DNA from: Perkinsus olseni
Taxonomy: Eukaryota
DNA length: 64,000 nucleotides
NCBI GenBank assembly: GCA_013115125.1
Contig: JABANN010000011.1
Location: 1-64,000 of the forward strand
Reading direction: 5' to 3'
Positions 13,501 through 24,497 of the stretch are shown piece after piece; the stretch's first letter is position 1, and every line of letters begins with the position of its first letter. The notes under the pieces are model-generated. The model was not told where the DNA came from. It saw nothing but the letters and a program-made list of their open reading frames with translations, and did no database searches. The position numbers were made by a program, and so were the translations under genes.

Positions 13501-15024
13501 GCCATGCAAGGCGTGGGTGGCCGCTGCACTCTTGTCCCTCTCCGGGTCTTCACCGTGGAGTTCCATCGGGAAGTATCCACTATATAGCCTGGAAGCAGAT
13601 CTACTACCGCGTCTCACTCAATTCAGACCTCACCGCATTAGCGGCCGTCGACAGGCATCGAACACCCTGGCGACCTCCTCGTCAGTATCTTTCTTCCGCT
13701 CGGACAGGACCTCATGGCCCGGGCCTGCATAACAGCAACTTCCGTGACGGAGAGGACCGTGTCAAGTCGGGAGCGATGTAAAATTGGATCCAGATGCTCC
13801 GTATCATGCCCTACTGTATTCAACGAGTACACTCGGGACGGCATCAACAGCAGCTCGCCATGAAGTGGATGCAGCAGGGAAACGTGGAATGTCCTCAAAA
13901 CCCGATACGACACCCACGCCTCCCAGCTTCTACCTTCCGATCCTTGCTGGCCATTGGAGATGGCCGGGTCTTCCACTGAGGCCTCAGAGTTGAAGCTGGA
14001 GAGGTGCTCAGAATAAAGTCGGGCCAGGGAGACGGCAGGGTTCCCTGTGTGGTACCTGTCGCCTAACAATCGACACAGGGAGAGCTATCAAAGACCTGCT
14101 CACTTCTCCTCAGCGAGCGCCACCACAGCGTCCATGAACTGATGCTTCCTGAGGCCCTGAGCTGTCTGATCCCCGCTGCTATGTATCTGGAGGGAACGCA
14201 AGCGGGAAATAGGGGTTGGAAGTTCCAACTCCAGTTCCAACTTGGAACACGTAGGCTTGCTGCAGACTACCCTAGTGTAGATCAGATCCACGCGGACGTC
14301 TGTGAGGCCCTTGTGCCCCTCCTCGTCGATGATGCCGCTGTCCAAGCACATCCTCCTCAGCTTGGATGCCCGGAGTAGCCTCTCCCCGGGCTGACTGGAC
14401 GGGGTAGAGAAGTAGTCGAAGATACACAACAGGGTTCGCTGAGGGTGAGGACCATGCTACTAGGCTCCACCGAGGTGTTCCCGAGTACGATCCAAGCGGC
14501 AGCGAAAGCATGCGCAGCGCTGGAGAATGTTGAACACAAAGGGTCGCCCTTTGACTGAAGAGGCGTAAGCCTGGTGGCCCAATAGTGTCCAGCTCTGCAC
14601 ACGCTATCACTGTCAAAGACTTTGAGCGGATAGACGTGGCTAGCTGAACCATGACTACTGCTCGATGGCATGCGCAGCGGCCTTGGGTCGCAGAGGCAAA
14701 ACGACGTTGGCTCTGCACCAGCGCGGATATCCAACACCACACAATAAGAGCCTCTCAGAGGATACCTCTCCCTCGATGCACGATCGCCTCACATCCCGAA
14801 AAAGTATTTGTTTCTGCTGCGACTGATTACAATTCCACTACTCACGAGAGCTGGCAGCTGACCGGTCACAGTCCTATTCCTCCGCCTACTACCTGAATGT
14901 CCCTAATACCAGCACTGCTGCCCGGCCCTGAGGAGGGAGCACTCATAGACGCTACAACTGCCTCAGCCCGTCTGAGCACTTCTTCAGTGAACTCAACTCC
15001 AATACGGCACGGAAACGCAAGCAT
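10505..15024 (-). CDS. p25-alpha(TPPP)/EF-hand-like repeat protein, multi-exon
   Basis: IFDYFS..ASKLRRMCLDSGIIDEE..LTDVRVDLIYTRV..KHQFMDAVVALAEEK resembles the p25-alpha domain. Similar units recur: DFELCPVILPKPQIFQVF..YTHFEAALLRV; VFSYYVMLGNPLNRTQL..ADLIFLRS..DGFQRALVRV. Ends approximate. Confidence 0.55.
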
Positions 15025-15030
15025 GGAACG

Positions 15031-17135
15031 TCAACCCTTAGCCCAAACCCTCCGTGGCGCAGAGGTCCCATCGCTGAGCAGCTGTAGCACATCCTGACTC
15101 GAACACCCTAGGGAGACCAGCGCCCCTGCCAATCGCCCTTTGTGGATATATCCTAGCTTGGCAACGCCTCTAGCACAGACTCTGACAGCCTTCTCGAGGA
15201 CAACAAGAGCATCTGTCCGGCCCAGCTTGCCGCAGGCAGCTCCGATCTTAACCAGGTCGTCGGCGGTGGCTGAGGAGGGATTGCCCCAAAGCATGTTGAT
15301 GACTCCCCCAGCGAAATCATGAGTCCAGGTTGAGGCATTAGGGTCAACCGCTGAGGTTAGAGCGGAGAGCATGTTGGCCACCTCGCTAAGCTTCCATTTT
15401 ACACTTTTTTCATCAGAAAACACATCTGCACATGCCTGGCCAACATCATCCCAACACTCGGCGTCCACTGGAACATCCGACTTCCATAGCGCATAAACCA
15501 GCACCGGCAGAGTCTCTACTGCCGGCCGCCGACTCGCCATCAGAGTCCTTATTCTCCTACCCAGAGCCGCACCCAGAGCCTCGGGGTCCATCACAGTGGC
15601 CTGATTCTTCCCGTAGCTTTGCAGTATCAAAGTGATCTGCTGCCAATCCTCCAACCTCTCCACAACATTCTGGGCTCTCAGCCAGACACTAGGCGGGACC
15701 GGCTGCTTCAGGCGAGTCAGTCCATGAGCTACGAGGGCTATCTGCATGCCACTAAGACCCCCGACCAACGGCGGAATGACCTCCTCCACTACCCTCGACA
15801 GAAGCCTCTCGTGAGCCACTCGACCCATAGCGTAGCTGTTAACGCAGAGAGTGAGGCATTTGGCGTCCCAGACCTCGACGGGTATCCTACGCAGCTCTCT
15901 AGCGCACGCACAGAGAAGATTTATCGTCACCTTGCCGGCCTCCCCGACCTGCCCGCTCCTAGTGTAAGCATGGGCCACCGCTACCAGATCGGGCAGGTCG
16001 AGCGAGTAGAGTATCTTGCCCACCCAAGGCTCCAGCGCAACCAAAAGATTCCCCACATGAGAACCCCTCCGTAGCTTTCCTATGGAATGGAGCAACCCCA
16101 TCACCTCCGCATTCGCCATACCAAGGCCGCTCTCCCGGCCACAGCGGCTCTCCAGCTCCTCACAGACAGCAGCCAGGAACTGTCCGATCTTCAGCGACTT
16201 AAGTAAACTGTCCCGACCCATCAGTACACAGGCAGCCGCGAAGGTCTGGCCGAGGACGCCGACCTCCATCGTTCCCAGACTCCGCCGGCCCAGGGCGAGG
16301 ATACTCCCCACCATCCCAGCGATCTCTTCATCTATCGTGGAGAGCTTGCCCACAGCCTGCATGGCATAGACCGGCCCGTACCCCGAGAATCCCTGCGTCC
16401 CTCGGCCAGCTACCCGCCGTAGCAGCTTCACAAGGAGAGGCCTCGGTGGAACTCTACCACAATATACGAAGCACTTGAGAGCGATCGCCGCATCCAGACT
16501 GCTGAGAGGGGTCTCGGTCATGGTAGCGGTAACGCCGTCCGCCAGGGTGAGCCAGAGGTCGTCGAAGAGGGCCTGGCGGTCAGCACCGGTCACTTGGCCG
16601 TCGTCGGGTGATGTCTGCTCAACACACGCCTTGCAGAGAGTCTCCAGCATGTCCCCCGCCGGATCACTGGCGTAACGACGGAGAATCTTCTCTACTGGAT
16701 CCGTGCCAAGTGAGATTCTACTGCGCCTACCGATGAGGACCTGATGGTGAGCCACGGCTATTGACGCCACTGAACCCGTAAGAGGAACAAGGGCAACAAC
16801 TATAATGACAGTGACAAACTAAATCGCAGCGCAGGAACAACCTACACTGGACCTCGAATACGCTAGGCGTCGGGGTCATACCACAACCACGGGAGCATAG
16901 CGAAAGATCAGGAAGCATGCTGCCCCTCCCCACTACTACCGAGGCCACTTACTCCCCCTTTCCGAGCCTCCATTGCAGGCACCAGCTCGAAAGGAACCTT
17001 ATCGAGTGTCTCCACATGAACCTTCTTCTCTTGCCTGGTCCTTGGCCGATGGATCGAACCAAAGCCGCCTCGCTTAGCCGCCTCCGCACGTCTGAAGTCC
17101 CTCTTGATCGCATCACGAACCCAGTCTCGAGGCAT
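15031..17135 (-). CDS. Helical-repeat (HPR/OPR/RAP-family-like) putative organellar RNA-binding protein
   Basis: 579-aa ORF with ~37-aa repeats (LDLPDLVAVAHAYTRSG, WDAKCLTLCVNSYAMGR, LSGMQIALVAHGLTRLK, DWQQITLILQSYGK, WKLSEVANMLSALT). First exon 17135-16952 can join in phase 0 via GTAAGT...CATCAG (inferred). Confidence 0.65.
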
Positions 17136-17276
17136 GGCGACAAAACTGATGCAAAAATCGTAAAATCAACACTTGCTCCTTCCGATAACACAACTCTAAC
17201 TCTAACAAGGACAGCAGTGATTAATAAGTAAGCATGTGTGAATCAGGGCGATTAAGGACGACCTCAAATGCACTGT

Positions 17277-19562
17277 CTAGTCCGAGGCCGGTCCATCGGT
17301 CGTCTCAGCTCCATGTAGCCTGAGGAGAGCGTCCTCCTCTCTAGTACTGAGGGCAGATCTGTAAGGCATGGTCAACAACGATGGACGCTCATCACGCCTG
17401 TCAGACGGAAGGCGGCTCGCAGGAGACTTCGTACCGTCATCTTCCACTGGCCGAGGACCCGAGCCCACAAGCGGTGGCGGCGCTTCTTCCACCAGTATAG
17501 ACTCCTCAAGGGGAGCAGCTTCCATCACCCGAGAGATATCCACAGACTCGTCTCTGACCAGCTGCTTCGGTCCGCTCGTGATTTCGATTCTTTCATGGTA
17601 GTGGTGATAGTCCGGCATCCCTGCGCTTTCCTTGTCCGCTAAGACCTCAGGTCTTCTAGTCTCCTCGCGACGCGGGATGACTTCGATCGACGACCTACCG
17701 CGACTCGGCAGCACCTCTACGCTACCAGACCTCGACAGGTGCCCCGAGCTCCTGGCCTCCCACCCCTCATGTGCGTATGCTTGATCGGGCCTCGCCTGCC
17801 TCCCTGGTACTACCTCGCGAATCCTTTCCGTGACACTACCCCGGTCGGGCGCAACAGATTTCCTCATCGGACGCTGGAGTTTCCTTGCGCCATCCTGGGA
17901 CCTCTCCTCTGACGAGGGCACTCCAATGTGACCCTCTCCGCTGTGACGCCTGCCCTGGCTCGGCGGCAGCACTCCTACGCTCCTCCGGTCGCCCCATCCA
18001 CCCACCGCGGCCCTCCTATTATGCCCTTCCTCGCCTGATGGTAGTACCTCCACGCCGCTCGCCCTGTCCAGTATGCTGCTCCCATGACGAGCTACAGGAG
18101 GCCTTCCCCTTCCCCATCCATGGGCTTCTCGTATCGACGTGCGTTCCCTACTGTCGTAGTGTCCACCTCTATCGGAACCTTCAACGTCCACCTGTTCTAC
18201 GTCAACTTCTCTCACGTGATGATGATGAACAACCACGCCCTGCGTCGTCGGGCTAGAGTCCTCAAACAGAGAACTACCTGATTTTTCAGAGTTTTGGTAT
18301 GCGGGATCGTACGCATGCACAGGGTTATCCAGAGGTCCCAAGACTTCACTGGCTTCAACAGCTCCGGAGTACGACGCGTGAGAGCTCGTCGACACCCGTC
18401 GAGGTCTCCTCAGATTATCGGTGAGCGTAGCCAGGGCAGCCACTTTGTCCCGGTACTGTGTAGCCGAGCACACCTCTCCCACTCTCGCCGCAAAGATGAG
18501 GCATCTACGGCTTCTCTCACAGCTGACAGCGGCCGCCAAATCAGTTCCCCCACGGTATACTCTATCCGATAAGTCTTCCTCCCAACGGCTCACTTCAACC
18601 AGGGGAGGGCGGGGGTCTCGCCGGTCACTCAAGCGGTGAACAGGATGAGCACGACTCCGACTCCGCGAGGGGCCCTGCATATAATACCGTGCATCTGCGA
18701 CAGTCCTCAATCGCTTGTGCTCGAAACCTCTCCTCCCCGACACTTCCGGATACGAGATCGGCACCACTTCTCTCCTATACGTCCGAGTGGCGTCAAAATC
18801 TTCAAAGTCCCAGGAGTCTGCACTATTACGACAGTCGACGGCGTCCCTGCCCCTTGGGTCGTTTTCCCAACCCACCACAGCGGGGCACTCCGCGCAGAAA
18901 CGGTTCTCGGTGTACCGTAGCGCGTTGCACCCCGCTGTCTCAACGCAGAATCCACCGTGGCTGCCCCGGGGGGTGATATCCAGCTCCTCGCGAGTGTCGT
19001 AATGATAGCCCGCCTCTCGCTCCTGCCAGAGCTGGTTTGCTTGCCCTAAAAATTTGTCCCAGCACAGCCATTCCTCCTTAGCTCCAGTGCCTCGAGGCTG
19101 CACATGGCACACATACTCCTGGACCTCAGACAGGTCGCCCGAGTCACAGAGAAGAACCGACAGATTAAGGCTAAAGCCCACCGGCCACATATTGCTTAGA
19201 TTAGGACAACAAGACAGATTCAAGGCTTTCAGGCTTCTCCTGACCTCGTGAAGGCCACGTACCGATACTAACCAGTGGTTATTCGCGAGACTAACTCGGG
19301 CGAGAGCAGAGCATCCCTCCAGGGAGTACTCAGGCAAGGCTGAGAGCAGATTGTCAGACAAGTCGAGGTCTCTAAGATTGGGCAGCTTCCCTAGATGAGA
19401 AAGCTCTCCAGTGAGCTTATTATTCTGCAGGTACAAAGCAACTAAACTAGCGCGGAAATGGACCGAGGCCGGCATGGACACAAGGCCTCGGTGAGAGAAG
19501 TTAGCTACAGGGCCCTCGATGAGATCATCATCCAGAGTGCATGATGACTGACGACGGGGCAT
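17277..19562 (-). CDS. Leucine-rich repeat protein with long disordered C-terminus, intronless
   Basis: LVALYLQNNKLT, LRDLDLSDNLLSAL, LARVSLANNHWL, LKALNLSCCPNL. First ATG at 19562. Confidence 0.85.
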   Translation of the reverse strand: MPRRQSSCTLDDDLIEGPVANFSHRGLVSMPASVHFRASLVALYLQNNKLTGELSHLGKLPNLRDLDLSDNLLSALPEYSLEGCSALARVSLANNHWLVSVRGLHEVRRSLKALNLSCCPNLSNMWPVGFSLNLSVLLCDSGDLSEVQEYVCHVQPRGTGAKEEWLCWDKFLGQANQLWQEREAGYHYDTREELDITPRGSHGGFCVETAGCNALRYTENRFCAECPAVVGWENDPRGRDAVDCRNSADSWDFEDFDATRTYRREVVPISYPEVSGRRGFEHKRLRTVADARYYMQGPSRSRSRAHPVHRLSDRRDPRPPLVEVSRWEEDLSDRVYRGGTDLAAAVSCERSRRCLIFAARVGEVCSATQYRDKVAALATLTDNLRRPRRVSTSSHASYSGAVEASEVLGPLDNPVHAYDPAYQNSEKSGSSLFEDSSPTTQGVVVHHHHVREVDVEQVDVEGSDRGGHYDSRERTSIREAHGWGRGRPPVARHGSSILDRASGVEVLPSGEEGHNRRAAVGGWGDRRSVGVLPPSQGRRHSGEGHIGVPSSEERSQDGARKLQRPMRKSVAPDRGSVTERIREVVPGRQARPDQAYAHEGWEARSSGHLSRSGSVEVLPSRGRSSIEVIPRREETRRPEVLADKESAGMPDYHHYHERIEITSGPKQLVRDESVDISRVMEAAPLEESILVEEAPPPLVGSGPRPVEDDGTKSPASRLPSDRRDERPSLLTMPYRSALSTREEDALLRLHGAETTDGPASD

Positions 19563-19709
19563 TAAAAACAGACAAACTGAGACGACAGCATTGCCGACCT
19601 CACCCAATCATCCGAACGCAGATAGCCACAAGTGAGTGAAACTAATTCATAATGCCTAGACTATACAATACGGTGCGCACGAGAAGGTGCCCTCCGGTAA
19701 TGGCGGTGA

Positions 19710-22124
19710 TCACCACATACTGCTGCTGTTGAAGGTGAAGTCGACCTCCACAAGATATTTCATTCTCACTTGGCTAGTACTGTACACAATGTACTCGTTG
19801 TAAAGAAGCGACAGCTGCTTGTCCTTCTCTTCGGGCAGCTCAATCATCTTACCGAGCGGCACCTGTGCTATGCTGATGGCACTGCTGCGTATTTAGGGGC
19901 GTACTAATACCTTGAGACCATCTTTCATAACCAGCATCCCGTCGGGATCAGGGCCACTGCGCCCAACACCCTTTGTGGAGTAAAAAGCATTCTTTCCTTT
20001 TCCCAGCTTAGAGGCAGCCCGCCCGTCTGCTTCTGTACATTCACGAGACCGACCCAAGGCAACCTGATCGCGGACTTGAAGATGTAGGGAGCCTATACCA
20101 ACGATAAAGCGAAAACACCCGCCGTGGGGCTCGGACCCTCGACCACAAGGTTAAGAGCCTTGCGTTCTACCGACTGAGCTAGACGGGTTTGCTGTTTATC
20201 TTCAAAGCCGAGCCCATACGAAGCCTTTCCGATATCCACTTACATCGCATAAGAGCATCAAACCTCTATTCTTATTCTGTGTAGCGAAACAATAGTTCGC
20301 ACTTTTGCTGAATGAGTCAGCGAAATAAAGGCCTTTGCCGAACATATAGCCCGTCACCGGGGCCTCGGGAGGGGCGATCCGCAGGCCACTACTCAGGATG
20401 CCACACCAGTTGGTGAGCCTCGAACCATGCCAGAGGAGCATGCGCTCCTTCTTCGCTGCCTTCGGACACTCTTTACTCCACTCGTCGTCCTCGGCTGTTT
20501 TGGAGGCCTTGAAAACAGCCACTGGCTTCGCCGTGAAGTCGTTGTGTGTTGGAGCGTGAGTGTTGCGCATGTACTCCTCTACCATGTGGAACTCCTCGTC
20601 CTCGGGCTTCAAAGGCTCCAAGCCGCAGTGCAGCCTAACAAAACGAAACCGCTTGTGATAAGGGTGATAATTGCAGCTGTTGCTGCATACCTCTGATACT
20701 GGACATCCACAGGGTTCGGAACAAGCATGTCCTCCTTTTTCACAGCCACGGCTGTATTTTCCATAACCTGCAACAGCAAGGCCGTACGCTGAACACCGGC
20801 TCCTCAGACCCCGTGAACCTCATTGGCCTTGCCCATATCCTGCAGATCCTCCAGTAGCTGCATCTTCTGTTTGAGTATGTCCTCCGAGTCAATAATGAAG
20901 TAGTGCATCCTGCACACCCACACCCAAGGCAATTCTCTGCAGGTTTTCGTAGCACTCACTTTTGGAACCCAAAGTCGTGCGGCACAACGGTATAGAAGCG
21001 GCCACTGAGGTCCAGTAGATGTGACCGACTCGGCTTAGCCTTCCCCAGCTCCTCCTCGATAGCCTGTAATGCCTCATACCCTAGAGACAGCAGTGCCCCC
21101 TGGACGTCCAGTCTCGCTAGCTCACCGTGCTTGATCATGTCCTCGGATATCTTCCCCAACGGCATCTTGTTCACATCAACGCCCGAGGCTTTCATGTGAT
21201 CCACCATCAGCTGGCGGTCGCATATCATCTTGATCACCTCGTACAGCTGTTGATCGAGCTTTGTATCTTCGACCTGACATACTACGATTCTTTAGGCGTG
21301 CACACCATGCGGCTCGCACCTTGACCTCTGGCTTCACTTCGTCCTTCTCCTTAACTTGCTCCTCCACAGGCCCTCCCGTGAAGTCCTGTTCCACATAGGT
21401 GTACCTGACTCAGTGGCTACATCAACAATAACGTACGTTAGGAACACATTGAGCGCAGTATTACCAACAAGATCGAGAAGTAGACAAACGTAAAAGCACA
21501 GCAAAATGATATCTCGCAAGCCTGGTGATGCAGAAGAAAGCTTACGGAGGCCACTCACTTGTTAGCTCTAGGACTGAATGGCGCCTCTCCAGTAGCTACA
21601 GCATGCCAGTCGTTAACAGTCTTATCCGCAAACTTCTGTTCAAAAGCCTGCTTAGCCCCTTCCAAGTCCTCCCCTTTACTCGTCATCTGGCCAGTGTAGC
21701 CAACCCTACCCCAGCGGAACCACGCTATGTAGTTGCCCGGCGCTTTCATGTCCTCTAGCAGCTGCAACTTGAAGTATTTGTTATTATTCTGCCTCAGATT
21801 GGTCTGGTTGAGCATGGCATGCCACACAACTCCCTCACCGTCGACATAGACCCTATACTGGTCAGCCTTGGGGCAATGCTCGTCCACCGGCGGCCTGCAG
21901 ATCGCCTCAGTCGGCTCCTCCTTCTTTGCCTTCTTCTTAGCCGGCTTGGCCTTAGCCTTCACAGGCTCGGCCCTCTTCTTCCCCTTATCATCATCGCTCT
22001 CTAGTTTTACCGTCCCCCGCTTGGTAGGTGGCTGCGCCTTAGCCTTGGGCTTGGTCAACTTAGCCTCAGCCTCTGACCGTGCTGCAACCTGAGCAGCCAC
22101 TCTCGCGCTCCTCCGCTCCGTCAT
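19710..22124 (-). CDS. PARP: Poly(ADP-ribose) polymerase with WGR, regulatory and catalytic domains (PARP2/3-like architecture)
   Basis: WGR (MLNQTNLRQNNNKYFKLQLL..WFRWGRVG); regulatory (KMPLGKIS..LSGRFYTVVPHDFG); catalytic LLWHGSRLTNW..GLRIAPPEAPVTGYMFGKGLYFAD..KSANY..LLYNEYIVY with intact H-Y-E triad. Confidence 0.95.
20116..20188 (-). tRNA. tRNA-Lys(CTT), probably degenerate, inside PARP intron 20064-20243
   Basis: ACCCGTCTAGCTCAGTCGGTAGAACGCAAGGCTCTTAACCTTGTGGTCGAGGGTCCGAGCCCCACGGCGGGTG: 73 nt, paired acceptor and anticodon stems, followed by TTTT. Defects: D-stem C.A mismatch, T-stem A.A mismatch, TCC instead of TTC in the T-loop. Confidence 0.85.
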
Positions 22125-22420
22125 GCTCACAAACAAACTGCAAGAGGCCACCACTGTCTACAATACACCCAACGCAACGGCCGACATCCCGACGAGTGAA
22201 AACAATCGAATGAACGGCATAGCATTCAAGGGAGGCTGATAAATCGGTCTGTTAACTGTCATCAAGTGTCGTGTGTGTGAGTTTATAGTCCAACGCTTAC
22301 GGTTCCGGGTCAGTTAGACTCTTGCCGATGTGCTCAGTCAGGGGCGCTCTGCAGCGTTGATATGCAGTGCAATCAGACGGTTCGCCGAGAAGAGTCCCTC
22401 ACGGGTACAGTCGTACAGCG

Positions 22421-23516
22421 TCAGGCCTCTTTCTTAGTAAAGCTCCAGGAAGACTTGAGAATTCCGTGAACATCCTCTACTTCTTTCTCAGCTGCTCCGG
22501 TTTGTCTCCAGCTGGTGGCAAGGCCCCTGACCAGGTACACGACAACTTGAGCCGACTCCACCGTCGCAGCCCTCAAGGGCTTCGCCCCCATGCTCTCCTG
22601 TAAAAGGTTAGAGCACTTAAAGCCAAGGGCGCCCAGTAAGAAGAGGACGATGAAGGCTGTGGCACCGAGGGCAAGGGGCATGACAGCGAGGAGCTGAACG
22701 CCGACTGCGATCAGGAACATCGGTATGGACAGAACGAAGTAGTCCCGGCTGAGTCGTCGCAGAAACGCGTAAGTGCCGTTGTCCCAGAAGGCGACGAAAT
22801 CTCGGGCGTTGTCTCTAGGGCCCTTCCGTGTCTTCGAGAGTATCCGGTGACCGGTGAAATAAACAAAGCTTGATATGATAACATTAAGCATGTTAAAGCC
22901 GCCGACAAAGGACAGTAGGAGGACGTAGACGTAGAGGAGCGGCGGCCTCTCGAAGATCGTTGGGTCCACTGCAGTCAGCATAGAGAGGGAGAACCCTGAG
23001 AGAAAATACGAGGGCCTGGGAGTCGAACTCGGGACCTATGCCGAGAGCCGCTACTGCGAAGAGAGTTACCACGCTCACCCGCGATCAAGGCCGCCGTGAC
23101 GCCTATCTCATTCTCAGCATCGAGCCTTTCCTTGTACTTCTCGAGCAACAGCTCGGCCTGTTGCTCCGCTGTGGGCTGTACTCGAGGGCTCATGACAGAT
23201 GCTAAAGGCAGACTAACGATGATGCAGTGGATGGTGCCACCCAACACACCCCACCCCTCCTCGCCGCCGGCCGCAGCTGCGTCGTCATCAGGTCAGTATT
23301 TTCCTCGATTGCCGTCTGCAGACTTGCCAGGGTCTCGATGAGGTTTTCGGCTCCTGTAGCATACGTACGAGCCACTGGTCGTGATAGGAGCTGCTCACCA
23401 TTCGCTGATGCGCCCCCAATGGTTGACCCCGTTCTCGATTTGGACCAGGGGATGGCAGAGCCCGTACTAGCTTCGTGTTCGCTGCTCCTGCCATCACGGA
23501 CCACAGTAGAGAGCAC
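22421..23516 (-). CDS. Four-TM membrane protein (Orai/PGG-like TM1 motif)
   Basis: Splicing intron 22996-23078 gives NEIGVTAALIAG|FSLSMLTAV, followed by three more hydrophobic helices (LYVYVLLLSFVGGFNML.., YFVLSIPMFLIAVGVQLL, LGATAFIVLFLLG). 5' end uncertain. Confidence 0.55.
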
Positions 23517-24497
23517 TCAACGCAAGCAGGGGCCTACTCTTGGTCGGAAGCGTCGGGGCCTAGCAGAGACTCGGTCGATAGAGACTTCAGTTGCAGTGGT
23601 GGCGGAGGAGGCATCAGAACAACCCTCCCAACAATCCATTTGAAGGTAGCGCACGAGGCATTCAGCCGTCCTCGCTTTATTCGAGCCGCCCTGTCCAACC
23701 CCGTCGCCCCACTGTCGATATATAGTCAACACAACGCTCTCTGTGATTAACACGCTGCCACCACGCTGGCATCATTATCATCATCACGACCATGCATCAA
23801 CCTCTGGATTCCCCACTGGGCCAGAGCCACGAATACTGTAATAAACAACATCATTAAAAAGCATCTACTACGTCCATCGGGACACGCCTATCATCATCTT
23901 CATAACTACTATCTGTCTCATCTTAACACTAATAATCGTCCTTCATTATCGTAAAAGGTAAAGTACTTGAGCTTCTTCAAAATAACAGGGGCACTCGGAC
24001 TTCGCCTCCTCTCAAAAATAGAATAATAAAGCGCCGCCGTCGTCTCAATAATAATACTGCTTTAAAAGTCCTGTGACCACCGCCTGTTGCTATGCACTAT
24101 AGTCAGCCTATAGCACATCATTTAGGGGGTTCAGTTGGAACATTGTTAAAACCAACGATTACACTGCCCGACTTGCCCTCGAAAATGAGAGATCAACGAA
24201 GACGGCAGCACATCACAAAAATATCATCCCTACTCCTCGGCACCCTGGCCTAATGGTCTATGAGGGCGTAGAGGGACGCCGACGGTAGGCTACTAATAGT
24301 AGTGTTCACACTTGTTCTCTTTAGAGACGTTGATAGAGGATAGGCGCGTTGGGACGGCGGACAAAAATAATGGAAAAAGGGTAAATCAGCGAGGTACACC
24401 AATATGGTGCAATAGCACGACGCCTTAGCGGCTGCTACGAGCGTTGGTCTATAATGACCGAATAACAATAATAGGCTTCATTCAGCTTAACAGCGTT

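Noticed and set aside
23750..24497. AT-rich, CAT/AAT-rich non-coding stretch
   Set aside because: Most simply the 3' UTR/intergenic region of the KH gene; no structure or repeat unit found.
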